Shown here: piece after piece, positions 20,773 through 31,289 of the stretch
How the letters are laid out: the number at the start of each line of letters is the position of its first letter
How positions within the stretch are numbered: the first letter of the stretch is position 1
Notes under the pieces: model-generated
The model's database searches: none
The model's input: the letters and a program-made list of their open reading frames with translations, nothing else
Told to the model about the DNA's origin: nothing
Source of the DNA: Vulcanimicrobiota bacterium
Lineage (GTDB): Bacteria > Vulcanimicrobiota > Vulcanimicrobiia > Vulcanimicrobiales > Vulcanimicrobiaceae
Reading direction: 5' to 3'
Length of the DNA: 64,000 nt
Assembly (NCBI GenBank): GCA_963714015.1
Contig: OY970223.1
Span: 3,008,001 to 3,072,000, forward strand
Translations under genes and position numbers: made by a program

Positions 20773-21536
20773 GCTTCGAGCGCCTTTGCGAACGCGGCAA
20801 AGAGCTCGGCGCCGCCCGACGGTGCCAAAATGCCGTCGCCGGTGCGTCGATCGGGGTGGTTGTAATTCCAAGCGTCGCGTTCCGGATGCGGCATGACGGC
20901 GAGCACGTTGCCTTCGCGATTCGTTAAACCGGCGCAGCCCAGCAGCGATGCATTCGGCGTCGCCGACGCGTCCACGGTTCCGTCTTCGTGCGCGTACACG
21001 AATGCCAGATGACCGCCGTCCACGATCTCCCGCAAATGCTCGGGCGTTGCGGCGAGCCGTCCTTCACCGTGCGCTGCCCATGCCGGAATGAGCGCGTCAT
21101 CCCGCAGCGACGCGGTAATCGCGCATCGCGGCGGATCGATTGCGAGTTTCAAATACACGTGTCTGCAAACGAAATGCGGCGCCGGGCCGTTTTTGGTAAA
21201 TGCGGCCGTCGGCTTGCGCACGGGTCCGGTTCCGGGCACGAGTCCGGCTTCGAGCAGGATCTGCGCGCCGTTGCAGACGCCGAGCACCAGTTTTCCGTGC
21301 TGCGCACCTTCGATGACGTAATCCATTACCGGGTCGTGCGCCGGGATAGCGCCGGCGCGAATGCGATCCTCATAGGCGAATCCGCCCGGCAAGACGTATG
21401 CGTCGTAATCGCGCAGCGCCGCTGCGGATCTCCAATGCACGACGTGCGCGTCCAGGCCGACGTCGAGGCAGATACGCCACGTCTCGATCTCGCTATTCGT
21501 CCCGGGGAAGACGACGATCGCCACTTTTGCCGTCAC
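20769..21536 (-). CDS. purQ: FGAM synthase glutaminase subunit
   Basis: VFPGTNS, LPGGFAYED, GVCNGAQ, AHGEGR, MPHPER. Confidence 0.96.
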   Translation of the reverse strand: MTAKVAIVVFPGTNSEIETWRICLDVGLDAHVVHWRSAAALRDYDAYVLPGGFAYEDRIRAGAIPAHDPVMDYVIEGAQHGKLVLGVCNGAQILLEAGLVPGTGPVRKPTAAFTKNGPAPHFVCRHVYLKLAIDPPRCAITASLRDDALIPAWAAHGEGRLAATPEHLREIVDGGHLAFVYAHEDGTVDASATPNASLLGCAGLTNREGNVLAVMPHPERDAWNYNHPDRRTGDGILAPSGGAELFAAFAKALEA

Positions 21537-23839
21537 GGATAGACCTCAGCGAGCGGTGCACTCCACGCACTGTACAGTTCACGAAGATCAAAGCGCGCAC
21601 TGCCGAGTGAAAATTCGCTGCCGGAGATAGTCTCGCCGATGCAGATGAAGTCCACCGCATCGGAGGCAATTGCTTCCAGTGCAGCGCCGTCGCTCGTTTC
21701 AACGACGAAGCCGCAAGATTCGCCGAAGTACGACTCCAATTCGCCCAGTAAGCCGCCGCTCCACGTCTGCGCGTCGCTAAGCCTTACGCCGATTGGGTCG
21801 CGCTCCAAGTTTGCGAACGCCATCCGTGCAAGCGCCGTTGCAATGCCGCCGTTTGCGACAGCCCTCGCCGAGAGGATGAGTCCGGCGTCGTTCGCTGCGT
21901 GAAAAAGGGCAATACCGGCGTTAGCCCGATCGAGATCCACCGGAGCGACCGGTCCACCGGTCTGTTCTAAAAGTTCGGCAAAAACAGCGCCGCCGGCGGC
22001 GTTACACGGCAACCCGATCGCATAAAGCGCCGATCCGGCGCGCTTAAGGCCCGGCGTAACCACGCTCGAGACGTCCTCAAAACCGCCGACGCACGCAACG
22101 ATCGGTGAGGCCGCAATTGCGCCGCCGGATCGGGACTCGTTGTAAAGGCTTACGTTGCCGGAAACGTACGGCGTGCCCAGCTCGCGCGCAGCGGCGGCCA
22201 AACCATCGATGCTGTGCACGAGCTCCGAATAGTGATCGACGTTCTGCGGGTTGCCGAAGTTCAAGCAATCCGTCAATCCCAACGCTCGTGCACCGACGGA
22301 CGTCACCTTGCGCACCGCCTCGAGCACCGCATGCTGTGCGCCGAGAAACGGATCGAGCGCACAGTAACGCGGGTTGCCGGCGATGCTCAACGCCACTCCC
22401 AGCGGCGATCCGTACACGGGCGCAATCACTCCGGCGCTCGCGTACCCGCGTGGAATAACGGTAGCGCCGCGTACCACGCCGTCATAACGAACGTAAAGCG
22501 GCTCGCGCGAACACACGTCACGATGTGCCAGCACTCGCGTAAACAGGTTCGCCAAATCGTAGCTGCCGCCGACGTAACGGCGCGCGGGATCGGTCACTTT
22601 GCGTTCGCTCATTGCGCGCACGGGCAAATCATCTTTGATCGAACCGGTCAGAAAATCGATCGCCACGTCCATCACGCGTTCGTCCCCATAACGCAGCACG
22701 TATCGCTTCTCGCCTTGGACGCAGCCAATGACCGTTGCGCACGCGCCGCGTGCCACCATCGGCAGCGAATACTCTTCGTTATAGATCTGAAGGACGTGCG
22801 GTGTGACGTCGCCCGGCAAAATCCAGCACAGACGCTCTTGCGTCTCGCCGATCGCAATCACCTCGGGCGGCATGTTTGTCGCCGCGGTATTGACGTCGTC
22901 CAGATCGACGATCGCTCCGAATCCGCCGCTCGCGCAGAGCTCCGCAGTGCAGCCCATGATGCCGCCGGCGCCCAAGTCTTTGAAACCGGCGGTAATCGAA
23001 TGTTCGCGCAAATATTGGAAGACGCGATAGGTCGCGCGCATGATCACGTTCTTCAAAAACGGATCCGGAACTTGCACGGCGCCCTTGTTGGCATCGGCGT
23101 CTTCTTCGTCCAGCGTGACCGACGAAAACGCGGCGCCGCCGAATCCGCTCGTATCCGTTGCTTTTCCGACCAGAACGATGTCCCACCCTTCGGAACCGGG
23201 CGGCGCGGCCGAATGAACGATGTCGCGCTCTTTAACCAGACCGAGGGCAACGACGTTGACCAAGCAATTGTCGTCGAAGCGCTCGTCGAAATACGCATCG
23301 CCGGCGACGTTGGGAACGCCGATTGCGTTTCCGTACGCCGCGATGCCGTCTACGACGCCCTGCGCGACGTAACGCTGGTGTGAGTCGGGGTTCTCCACGC
23401 GTCCGAAGCGCAGCGGGTCGGCAAGCGCTATGACTTCGGCGCCCATGCAAAGCACATCGCGCACGATCCCGCCGACGCCCGTCGCCGCGCCCTCGAACGG
23501 CACGACTTGGGAGGGATGGTTGTGCGACTCATGCGCGATCACGACGCCCCATTTCTCGCCGTTCCACTCGCCTAAATGCAAAATCCCGGCGTCTTCGGCG
23601 GGTCCTTGCATCACAGTCGGCCCCGTAGTCGGCAATTTGCGCAACAGGTGCCGGCTGCTCTTGTACGAGCAATGCTCGCTCCACTGCGCGTCGAATGCGT
23701 GGACTTCTACGATCGTCGGATCGCGCCCGAGATGCCGCGCGATGCGCCGCAGTTCGTCTGCACGAAGCGCAAGACCGGTTTGGGCGGCGCCGCGCCGCAG
23801 TTCTTCGTCGTTTAATCCTTCGACGCGAAAACTACGCAA
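21533..23839 (-). CDS. purL: FGAM synthase subunit (small-type PurL)
   Basis: WSEHCSYKSS, ESHNHPS, GAATGVGG, DCLNFGNP, GNVSLYN. Confidence 0.97.
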   Translation of the reverse strand: MRSFRVEGLNDEELRRGAAQTGLALRADELRRIARHLGRDPTIVEVHAFDAQWSEHCSYKSSRHLLRKLPTTGPTVMQGPAEDAGILHLGEWNGEKWGVVIAHESHNHPSQVVPFEGAATGVGGIVRDVLCMGAEVIALADPLRFGRVENPDSHQRYVAQGVVDGIAAYGNAIGVPNVAGDAYFDERFDDNCLVNVVALGLVKERDIVHSAAPPGSEGWDIVLVGKATDTSGFGGAAFSSVTLDEEDADANKGAVQVPDPFLKNVIMRATYRVFQYLREHSITAGFKDLGAGGIMGCTAELCASGGFGAIVDLDDVNTAATNMPPEVIAIGETQERLCWILPGDVTPHVLQIYNEEYSLPMVARGACATVIGCVQGEKRYVLRYGDERVMDVAIDFLTGSIKDDLPVRAMSERKVTDPARRYVGGSYDLANLFTRVLAHRDVCSREPLYVRYDGVVRGATVIPRGYASAGVIAPVYGSPLGVALSIAGNPRYCALDPFLGAQHAVLEAVRKVTSVGARALGLTDCLNFGNPQNVDHYSELVHSIDGLAAAARELGTPYVSGNVSLYNESRSGGAIAASPIVACVGGFEDVSSVVTPGLKRAGSALYAIGLPCNAAGGAVFAELLEQTGGPVAPVDLDRANAGIALFHAANDAGLILSARAVANGGIATALARMAFANLERDPIGVRLSDAQTWSGGLLGELESYFGESCGFVVETSDGAALEAIASDAVDFICIGETISGSEFSLGSARFDLRELYSAWSAPLAEVYP

Positions 23840-25031
23840 GGTTCGGCGTAGGCGGCATCGGCTGCGCGTTCAACTGCGCGTCGGCCTGCAGCACGGCGGA
23901 ACGCGCGTTCGTTTGAATCAGCAGCGTCCGGCCGAAGAGCACCGTGTCCTCCAGTCCGAGCACCTTCGCACACTGCAGCGCGAGTGCGCCCGGTTCTATG
24001 GAACCGTCTATCACGGGGTTGCTCGTTCCGTTTTCGAGCATTGCGCGAAGCGCGCCGTCCGTGGTCGAGAATGCGACGTACAGCAATCGCGCGAACGTCG
24101 CATCGTGCTGCTGCAGCAGTTGCAGCACATACCCCGGAGTTTTTGCGGCGCTCGCGACGTGTCGCACCACCGGAAGGCCGAGCTGCCCAAGTGCTTGCGC
24201 CGCGGCGTTCACCTGCGGCGCGCTTTCCAGCGACTCCGCCATCAAAGCGATCATTCCGGGCCGCATCACCGGAAATGCGCCGACCATGTCCGCGACTTGT
24301 TCGTAAGCGGTCTTGACTTGGCCCAGGGCTTCATCATTGACCGTTTCGAGATTCCGGTACATCTGCTTGTCGAGCATCAGATCTTCGCGCCCTTGGGGCC
24401 AAATGCGCCATGAGTCGTTGTCGATGACGTCCGCAACGACCAGCTGCCCTTTGTTTTCGCCGCCTGCGAGGCGCCCGAATTCGATCTTCAAATCGACCAG
24501 CAACACGTCGCGTTTTCTCCACGCGTGCGCCAGGACCTCAAATGCCAAGCGCGCGATCTCGGTCATCGCCGAAATCTCGGCCGGATTAGCGATATTGCGA
24601 GCCAAAATTTGATCCGGCGTGATGAGCGGATCGTGATTCGCGTCGTCTTTGAAGAAAAACTCGACCATGCGCGGAACGAGGAGCGACCCTTGCTGGAGTC
24701 CGGGATTTCTGCGGACCAGCGAACCGGCGGCCACGCCGCGGACTACCACTTCCAGCGCAATCATGTTGCAGCGGCGCACGAGCATCTCGTTGTCGTCGTC
24801 GTCTTCGCCGCCGTTCAAATAGTGCGTCGGCAAACCGCACAGATTCAACAAGCGAAAAACGCGTGCAGTCGTCTGCGCGGCCAAGCGGCCTTTGCCGGCG
24901 ATCACGTTTTGCCGCGCGCCGTCGCCGGCGGAGATTGAATCGGTCTGCGTAACCACCAGCATGTCGGGCTGGCCGGCTGCTTCGAACAGCACCTTGGTCT
25001 TGCCCCGCGCAATCTCTATGCCCTTATTCAT
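23832..25031 (-). CDS. purC: SAICAR synthetase fused to a degenerate PurE (AIR carboxylase)-like domain, PAICS architecture
   Basis: GKTK, EFFFKDDANHDP, DLKIEFG, DVIDNDSWRIWP, DKQMYR; extra C-terminal ~140 aa with a PurE-like pattern. Confidence 0.9.
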   Translation of the reverse strand: MNKGIEIARGKTKVLFEAAGQPDMLVVTQTDSISAGDGARQNVIAGKGRLAAQTTARVFRLLNLCGLPTHYLNGGEDDDDNEMLVRRCNMIALEVVVRGVAAGSLVRRNPGLQQGSLLVPRMVEFFFKDDANHDPLITPDQILARNIANPAEISAMTEIARLAFEVLAHAWRKRDVLLVDLKIEFGRLAGGENKGQLVVADVIDNDSWRIWPQGREDLMLDKQMYRNLETVNDEALGQVKTAYEQVADMVGAFPVMRPGMIALMAESLESAPQVNAAAQALGQLGLPVVRHVASAAKTPGYVLQLLQQHDATFARLLYVAFSTTDGALRAMLENGTSNPVIDGSIEPGALALQCAKVLGLEDTVLFGRTLLIQTNARSAVLQADAQLNAQPMPPTPNLA

Positions 25032-25073
25032 TTGGGTGGGGCCCCGAAGCGCTATGGCGCCGCCAAAATGCGT

Positions 25074-26491
25074 TCATACAGTCACTACCTTTTGCTGTGG
25101 GAACTCCGCTAAATTGTCGATTTGCGCAGCGAGCTGGCGCGCGCGTTCGGAAGCGGTGCCGATGTGCTTGCTGGGATCGAGCATCCGCCGAATCTCGGCG
25201 GGATCCATGCGGCTGGTGAGTTCGTGTTCTTCCGAGAGCAGATGGCCGAGCGGGTTTACTTTACCTTGCGCGATCGCGCTCCACGACTGCATTGCGGCGG
25301 AGCGCAAGACCTCGTGGAGTTCCTGACGGTTGCCGCCCATACGAACGGCCTCCATCAGCACGGATTCGGTTCCGGCGAACGGGCCGTACGTCCGAAGATT
25401 CTCGGCGATGCGCTGAGTATCGACGCGCAAACCAGCCACGACACGCTTGGCAAGCTGAACGATTTCATCCGTGCAAAGCAACGCTTCGGGCAGAATCGTG
25501 CGGCGGTTCGCGCTGTCGTCGAGCGTTCGCTCCAAGTAATTCGTCGAAGCGTTCTGCCAGGCAACCTCGGCATAGGCCGGAAGCAGTCGCGCCAGCGAGC
25601 CGATTCGCTCGCAGACAATGGGATTGCGTTTGAACGGCATGGCCGAGCTTCCGACCTGCGATTTTCCGAACGGTTCGAAGACTTCTCCGAAAGCGGGGGA
25701 GCTCAGGATTCGGATGTCGGCCGCAAATTTTGAGAGCGAGGCTCCAAGGCCGGCGAGAGCCGTCAGGAGCAGATAATCCAGCTTGCGCGGATATGTCTGC
25801 GTACTAATCTCACGCGCTTCCAGACCGAAATGGTCCAAAACCGCTTGCTCCATCTCTGCCGAGTTGCCGGTGCCCTTGAGCAGCTGTTCGTACGATGCCG
25901 ACGTTCCGACCGCGCCGCGAAGCCCTTTGGCGGTCAAGTTTCCGAAGACGTACCGCAGCGTCGCTTCATCTATAAGCAGATCTTGCGCATACACGGCAAA
26001 ACGGTAGCCAAGCGTCGTGGGCTCGGCGGGCTGCAGATGCGTGAACGCCATGCAAACCAGGTCCGCATACTCGCGAATCTTGCTCGCAAAGGCCCTCAGC
26101 AGCTCTCTTGAACGGCAGTCCCCACCGCCGAAAGCGCCACCCGAAGCCGATACGTCTCGACGGTGTCCTCGATGTCCATCGACGTCGAACCAAGGTGAAG
26201 CTTGCCTCCGCCCAATCGTGCTTGAGAGGCGAAGACGCGGATCTCGGCCATCAGATCGTGATGGATCTCGCGCTCGATCTGCAGCGCCGCCTCGATGTCG
26301 ACATCCCTCGCATGAGCTCGAAGGTCGTTCAGTTCGTCGAAATCGATCAGCCCGTAGCGGCTCTGCACCTCGGCGAGCGCCACCCATACCTGACGCCAGA
26401 GACGGCGACGTTCCATTTCGGAAAAGAGCGTGCGCAATTCGACGCGGCCGTATCTCCATGAGAACGGAGAAGCGTAGGTTTCATAATCCAT
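25074..26491 (-). CDS. purB: Adenylosuccinate lyase, frameshift near 26105
   Basis: N-part YASPFSWRY...HDLMA...LHLGSTS; C-part FTHLQPAEPTT, GSSAMPFKRNP. Confidence 0.95.
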
Positions 26492-26582
26492 GGGATAAGG
26501 GGGCCCTTTCGCGCTCAGGGACGACCGCCCTCGTCACCAGCCCCGGCGACATTTGGCTGCTTCCCGGGGTAGCATGGTGGCG

Positions 26583-28413
26583 ATGCCGTGGGGAGAGGAC
26601 CTTCGCGACCGAATCATCGCCGCCGATGCAGGCCTGACGCGGCTGTTCATGGCCGCCCGCGCCACGGCGTCCGTTGGAACGGCGCTGGCAATCCTCATGG
26701 CAATCTCTCGTCCCCTGCATCTACCGCTGAGCGTGGCCTTGGTGGGGGCGGCGCTGTGCATCACGTGGTCGGTTTCCGTCGGCGATCCCAACCCCCGCAA
26801 CCAGCGCATCACGACACTGCTGATGTGGGTGCCGGCTTGCGCGTGCATTGCGATCGGCACGCTCACTACTTGGAACCGGGTTTTGTGCGACACGCTCTTT
26901 CTTGCGGTTCTATTCGCTGCAGTTTACACGCGTCGCTACGGACCACGGGCGACCGCCGTGGGCATGATCGCGGTGCTCGGATTTTTCTTTTCGCTGTACC
27001 TTCGGTCGCCGGCGTGGACGTTGCCATGGCTCTTAATGGCGGTAACGATCGCCGGAATCACCACGTATTTTTATCGCTTTGTCCTCTTTGCGGACCATCC
27101 CGAAGCTGCGCTGCGCAACGCGCTGGAGGCGTTCCAAGCTCGGCAGCGGCTGATCGGCCGCGCGATCCGGCAAGCGTGTCGAAACGGATCGTGGACTGCG
27201 GCGCTCACGAAGCAGCTCGACCACCACCTTTACCGTTTGAACGAAGCCGCGATCGTGATCGACGATTTGCTCGTTGCCGGCGGTCAGGACGATTTGCGGG
27301 CGCAGGTGTTGGACGTGGAGTTGGAAACGGGCGCCATCGCCGAACGCGCCTTGGACGATCCCAAGAACGCCGGTGTGCTTCCAAGTCTCGAAATCCAGCC
27401 GGAGGCGGTACGCCGGGTTCAATGGACGCCGCGCGGTCTGTACCGGATCGGCACGCAGATCGAAACGCGCGGTCTCTCTCCCTCCATGCGCCAGGCGATT
27501 CAGATCACTGCGGCGGCAGCGGCGGCAATGGCGGCAGGCGAAATGCTCTCTCCGCAGCGGTGGTATTGGGCGGTGCTGACTGCTTTTCTGGTGTTCAACG
27601 GCACCGCGTCGATGGGCGAGACGCTGGTCAAAGGGTGGTCGCGCGTTGCCGGGACGGCCCTTGGCGCGGCTGCGGGGGCCGCTATCGGCACGCTGGTTCG
27701 CGGTCACGACGTCGCCGCATTCATTCTGATGTTCTTGTTTTTGTTCTTGGGCGTCTACGAAATCCGGGTTTCGTATGCAGTCTTTACGTTTTTTCTGACA
27801 GCCGTGCTTATCAATGTTGTACGTCCTCGTCGGCCTCTTCAGCGATCAACTACTCGTACTGCGCCTCATCGAAACTGCCGTCGGCGCGATTTGCGGCGGA
27901 CTGGCCGCGACTGTTTTGTTACCGATCCGCACGAGCGCCGTTTTGGGAAACGTTTCCGTTCAGGCGCTCGAACGTCTGAACGTTGCAATAGACGCGGCGA
28001 TCCGCCGCCTAGGCGGCGACATCCACGCCGATCCGCTGACGTCGGCGCGCGCCTTCGACGAGACTATGCAAAGCGTGCGCGCGCAGATCGAGCCGCTCAT
28101 CAACACGTTGCGCTGGGTCGGGCGCGGCCGCATGCAGACGCGTTTGCTGATGTACGCGCTGCTCGCCCGTTACGTTCGCGGACTCAGCATTCTGGCGTAC
28201 CAAGCGCCTGAGGACTGCGACATGCCGCGCATTCGCAGTGACGCTGCCAAAGTAATCACGCATATCCGCCAACTGATTCAATACATGCGCTCCGGCAGCG
28301 GAAAGATCGGCGCACCTATCGAGAAACCTGCCGGCGACGAACGCGCGGTAACGTATTTGTACCGCATCGACCGTTCCGTCCACCGCATCTCCGCAACGAT
28401 TATTTCGCCATAA
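26583..28413 (+). CDS. FUSC-family (aromatic acid exporter-like) membrane protein, frameshift near 27815
   Basis: RQAIQ...RWYWAVLTAF...RVAGTALG, RLIETAVG motifs split over two ORFs. Confidence 0.85.
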
Positions 28414-28423
28414 ATCGCGCGGG
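28376..28423 (+). repeat. Direct repeat copy 1 (3' end of the FUSC gene)
   Basis: ccgtccaccgcatctccgcaacgattatttcgccataaatcgcgcggg; matches 30496..30543 at 44/48. Confidence 0.9.
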
Positions 28424-28433
28424 CTCGGGTCGG

Positions 28434-29804
28434 CTACACCGCGAGTTGAGCCTGCGTAGCCCTTTGAATCAGCACCTCCGCCAATTCGCGCACTTGGACG
28501 CGAATCTCGGGCATTGCGGTCGTCTCAATCAACGTTCCGAATCGAACTGGGCCGAGCGTGAAGATCAGCTCCGATTCCGTCCCGGTTGCGTCGATCAGGG
28601 CGCCGCTAGCCGCAACGGAGACCCCGACGTTCAAGCGGTGCGCAGTCATGAAGCCGGCGCCAAGCAGCGATCGTATCAAGGGGTTATCGATCTTCCGGAA
28701 ATCGTTGGTCGGACCGCTGCAATTGATGATGCGGTGCGCTTGGATCTCGATCGTTTCGAGCTCTCCGCGCAGCGTAACGGGAATCGTCAATCCGTCCGGC
28801 CGGCTCTCGATGCTGCCGGGCCTTCCGGCTAACATTTTGAGGTCGCCGGATGCCATCAAACCGGCGAGCGCTTTGACGATCTCGGGCGCCATCCGATGAC
28901 GGTGAATGTTCCAGTACGGCATCACGTGGCGCAGAAATCGCCGCTGATCGGCAAGTGAAAGGGCTTGCCAATAATGATTGGTTCCGGGACGCACGCGTTC
29001 GAACGACAAACGCCAATTTTCCTCGCGGGCTTTCGCGCTGCGGCTCAAGAATCGCGTCGCGCCGAGCAAGTCGCCCAAATGCTCTTCGCCGTGCGATTCA
29101 TTGGGCGGGGCATCGAGCATGCGATGTTCGTGCGGTAACAATCCGCGCCGCGAGATCATGTACACCGTTCCGCGATGGCCGTAATGCCGTAAACCCAAAA
29201 CTGCGTCGACGGCGGTTAGACCTGTTCCGAAAAGCGCGACGGTTTCGTTCGGATCGGCCGGGACAAGCGCACCGTCCTCCCAGGCGGACGAGAAGACTCT
29301 CCATGTTTGAAGGCGATGCGGGTCGATTCCAGGCCAGGGCGCCGGTGCAGCATTCCCGGTTGCAATGACGAGTGCGTCGCCATGCAGTGTGCTGCCGTCC
29401 GAACAGCGTACCAAAACGCCCCCGGCATCAGGTGCGGCGCTCGTCGCAAGCGCACGCACGTGTCGTATTCTGCTTCCCGCCCGTCTCTGCGTTTGCTCCG
29501 CTATTTCGTTCAAGTACGCGCCGTAAATCGATCTTGGAACGAACGAATCGGCAGCATATCGCTTCGGATGGTTGACCCTTAGCCATTCAACGAAATCACT
29601 TGGACGATCGGCGAAGGCCGACATTCGGGCCGCCGGCACGTTCAACAAATGCATGGGGCAACCGGTCGAGTAGGCCATGCCGCATCCCAAACTTTGGCGC
29701 GGTTCCACCACGACCGCGTTCACGGAATGGGAGCGCTCGACGAGCGCGTTCGCCAGCAGAACTCCGCTTGCGCCGCCGCCGGCGATGAGTATCGTGCTAG
29801 GCAT
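28434..29804 (-). CDS. FAD/NAD(P)-binding oxidoreductase
   Basis: IAGGGASG, GMAYST, HLLNVPAARMS, GTGLTAVD, HRHRMAP, ETTAMPEIR. Confidence 0.9.
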   Translation of the reverse strand: MPSTILIAGGGASGVLLANALVERSHSVNAVVVEPRQSLGCGMAYSTGCPMHLLNVPAARMSAFADRPSDFVEWLRVNHPKRYAADSFVPRSIYGAYLNEIAEQTQRRAGSRIRHVRALATSAAPDAGGVLVRCSDGSTLHGDALVIATGNAAPAPWPGIDPHRLQTWRVFSSAWEDGALVPADPNETVALFGTGLTAVDAVLGLRHYGHRGTVYMISRRGLLPHEHRMLDAPPNESHGEEHLGDLLGATRFLSRSAKAREENWRLSFERVRPGTNHYWQALSLADQRRFLRHVMPYWNIHRHRMAPEIVKALAGLMASGDLKMLAGRPGSIESRPDGLTIPVTLRGELETIEIQAHRIINCSGPTNDFRKIDNPLIRSLLGAGFMTAHRLNVGVSVAASGALIDATGTESELIFTLGPVRFGTLIETTAMPEIRVQVRELAEVLIQRATQAQLAV

Positions 29805-30360
29805 CGTAACGCAGGGCAACTTCACGAGGACGCCACCAGCCGCCGCCGTCGGCGTCGAATGCGTTACATCGCTCGAGGTCGCCGCCGTAGACGTGCAAGC
29901 TGTACGCCGTCGTCGTTCCTGCGTTGCCGAACTCGTGATATTCGAGCGGAGGTAGAAGTGTGCTGATCCCGCCTCGCGTCAACTGCGATTCCCTATCGCG
30001 CACGAACATGCAGCGCCCCTGGGAGTCGCGATCCAAAAGGCGATACGTAACTTCGCGAAAGACGCCCGCGCAGATGATCTCCGCCCCCCAGTAGCCGGCG
30101 TGATCGTGCAACGGACTGGATTGACCGGGCGCCCAGGTCATGCCGATCACGGTGAAGCGATTGTGCGGATCGCGCCAAATGAGCCTGCGCGCATAGTGAT
30201 CGGCTCGAGGCGGCGCAAACAGCCGTTCGTCGTCGAGCGCGCCGGCTGCTCCAACGTGCGCCAACGTTCGCGCCAATTCCGTGACGCGGTCGTTTTTGAA
30301 CGCCCGCTCTATCGGACGTATCAACGAGGCGACGTCGTAAGCGGCATCGGTCCGGAGCAT
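29797..30360 (-). CDS. Cysteine dioxygenase family protein
   Basis: HDH plus distal H metal triad, SLHVY motif, YARRL. Confidence 0.88.
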   Translation of the reverse strand: MLRTDAAYDVASLIRPIERAFKNDRVTELARTLAHVGAAGALDDERLFAPPRADHYARRLIWRDPHNRFTVIGMTWAPGQSSPLHDHAGYWGAEIICAGVFREVTYRLLDRDSQGRCMFVRDRESQLTRGGISTLLPPLEYHEFGNAGTTTAYSLHVYGGDLERCNAFDADGGGWWRPREVALRYDA

Positions 30361-30495
30361 AATGAGCCCTCCAGCAGGTCGCCTTTTTATTATCCTGAGC
30401 TATTTTTTGCACCTATGCCAGAGCCTAGGCTTTAATGGCTATCCGGCGCTAGGTCTTTTGCCGAGCGCATGCAGACGCGTTTTCCGACGTACGCG

Positions 30496-30543
30496 CCGTT
30501 CACCGCATCTTCGCAACGATTATTTCACCATAAACCGCGCGGG
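30496..30543 (+). repeat. Direct repeat copy 2
   Basis: ccgttcaccgcatcttcgcaacgattatttcaccataaaccgcgcggg, 2120 bp from copy 1. Confidence 0.9.
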
Positions 30544-30574
30544 ACTCAGAATGCCGGGCTCAATCGACGTACTT

Positions 30575-31266
30575 CTATGGCCAAGCCGGCTCGTCCAGCG
30601 AGGTCCATATCCCGGAGTTCTGCAGGGCTTTCGACCGCTGCGTGAACTCGTCGACGACATGGATGTCCACGAATCGGACGGCAGTCTTGACATAGATCAA
30701 GCCTCCGGCCGCGATTGGCACCTGCGCATCTTCTTCGCTGATGTAATGTGCGCCGTCGACATCCGCAAAGCGAATCATCCAAGCGACGTGAGTGCCCGGA
30801 CCGCTCTGGAAATTCAGAGCGTCGAGCAGTTGCCAAGGCGCGTACGTCCGTTCGTCGATCCAGGCTTGGCGAATGCGGTTCTTGCCGGGATCGCGTAGCG
30901 GTGTGAGCTCGAGGTGATAGCAGGGATGGCCATCTATCGTCGCAGTTTCACCTGCCAGCGCAGGAAGTAAATATTCACGCCGGATCCCCACGACGGATGC
31001 GCGATCTCATAGTCGCTTACGGGATCGACCCTGACGGAGCCGGTCGTCGCATCCTAGGCGGCGTTGTAATGTTCGACCCGTTGACGGCCGCCTTCCAGCA
31101 CCGCTACTGCGACGGTAAATTCGAGCTTTTGCGGATAGTGCTGCATCAGCCAGTATGTCCGCGCGTTAGCGAAGATCCGGTACGGATCAGGCGCAGGCGC
31201 AGCCGTAGCCGCTGACGCCGCGGTCGCGGCCACGAGCAGCAGGGCGAACGAGCAGAATTTGTTCAT
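30575..31266 (-). pseudogene. Secreted LolA/outer-membrane-sorting-like protein, disrupted
   Basis: Signal peptide from ATG 31266; in-frame TAG at 31054; C-terminal part (YHLELTP...WIDERT) in ORF 30575..30991. Confidence 0.6.
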
Positions 31267-31289
31267 TGCCACCGCCGGTCGAAATTCCG

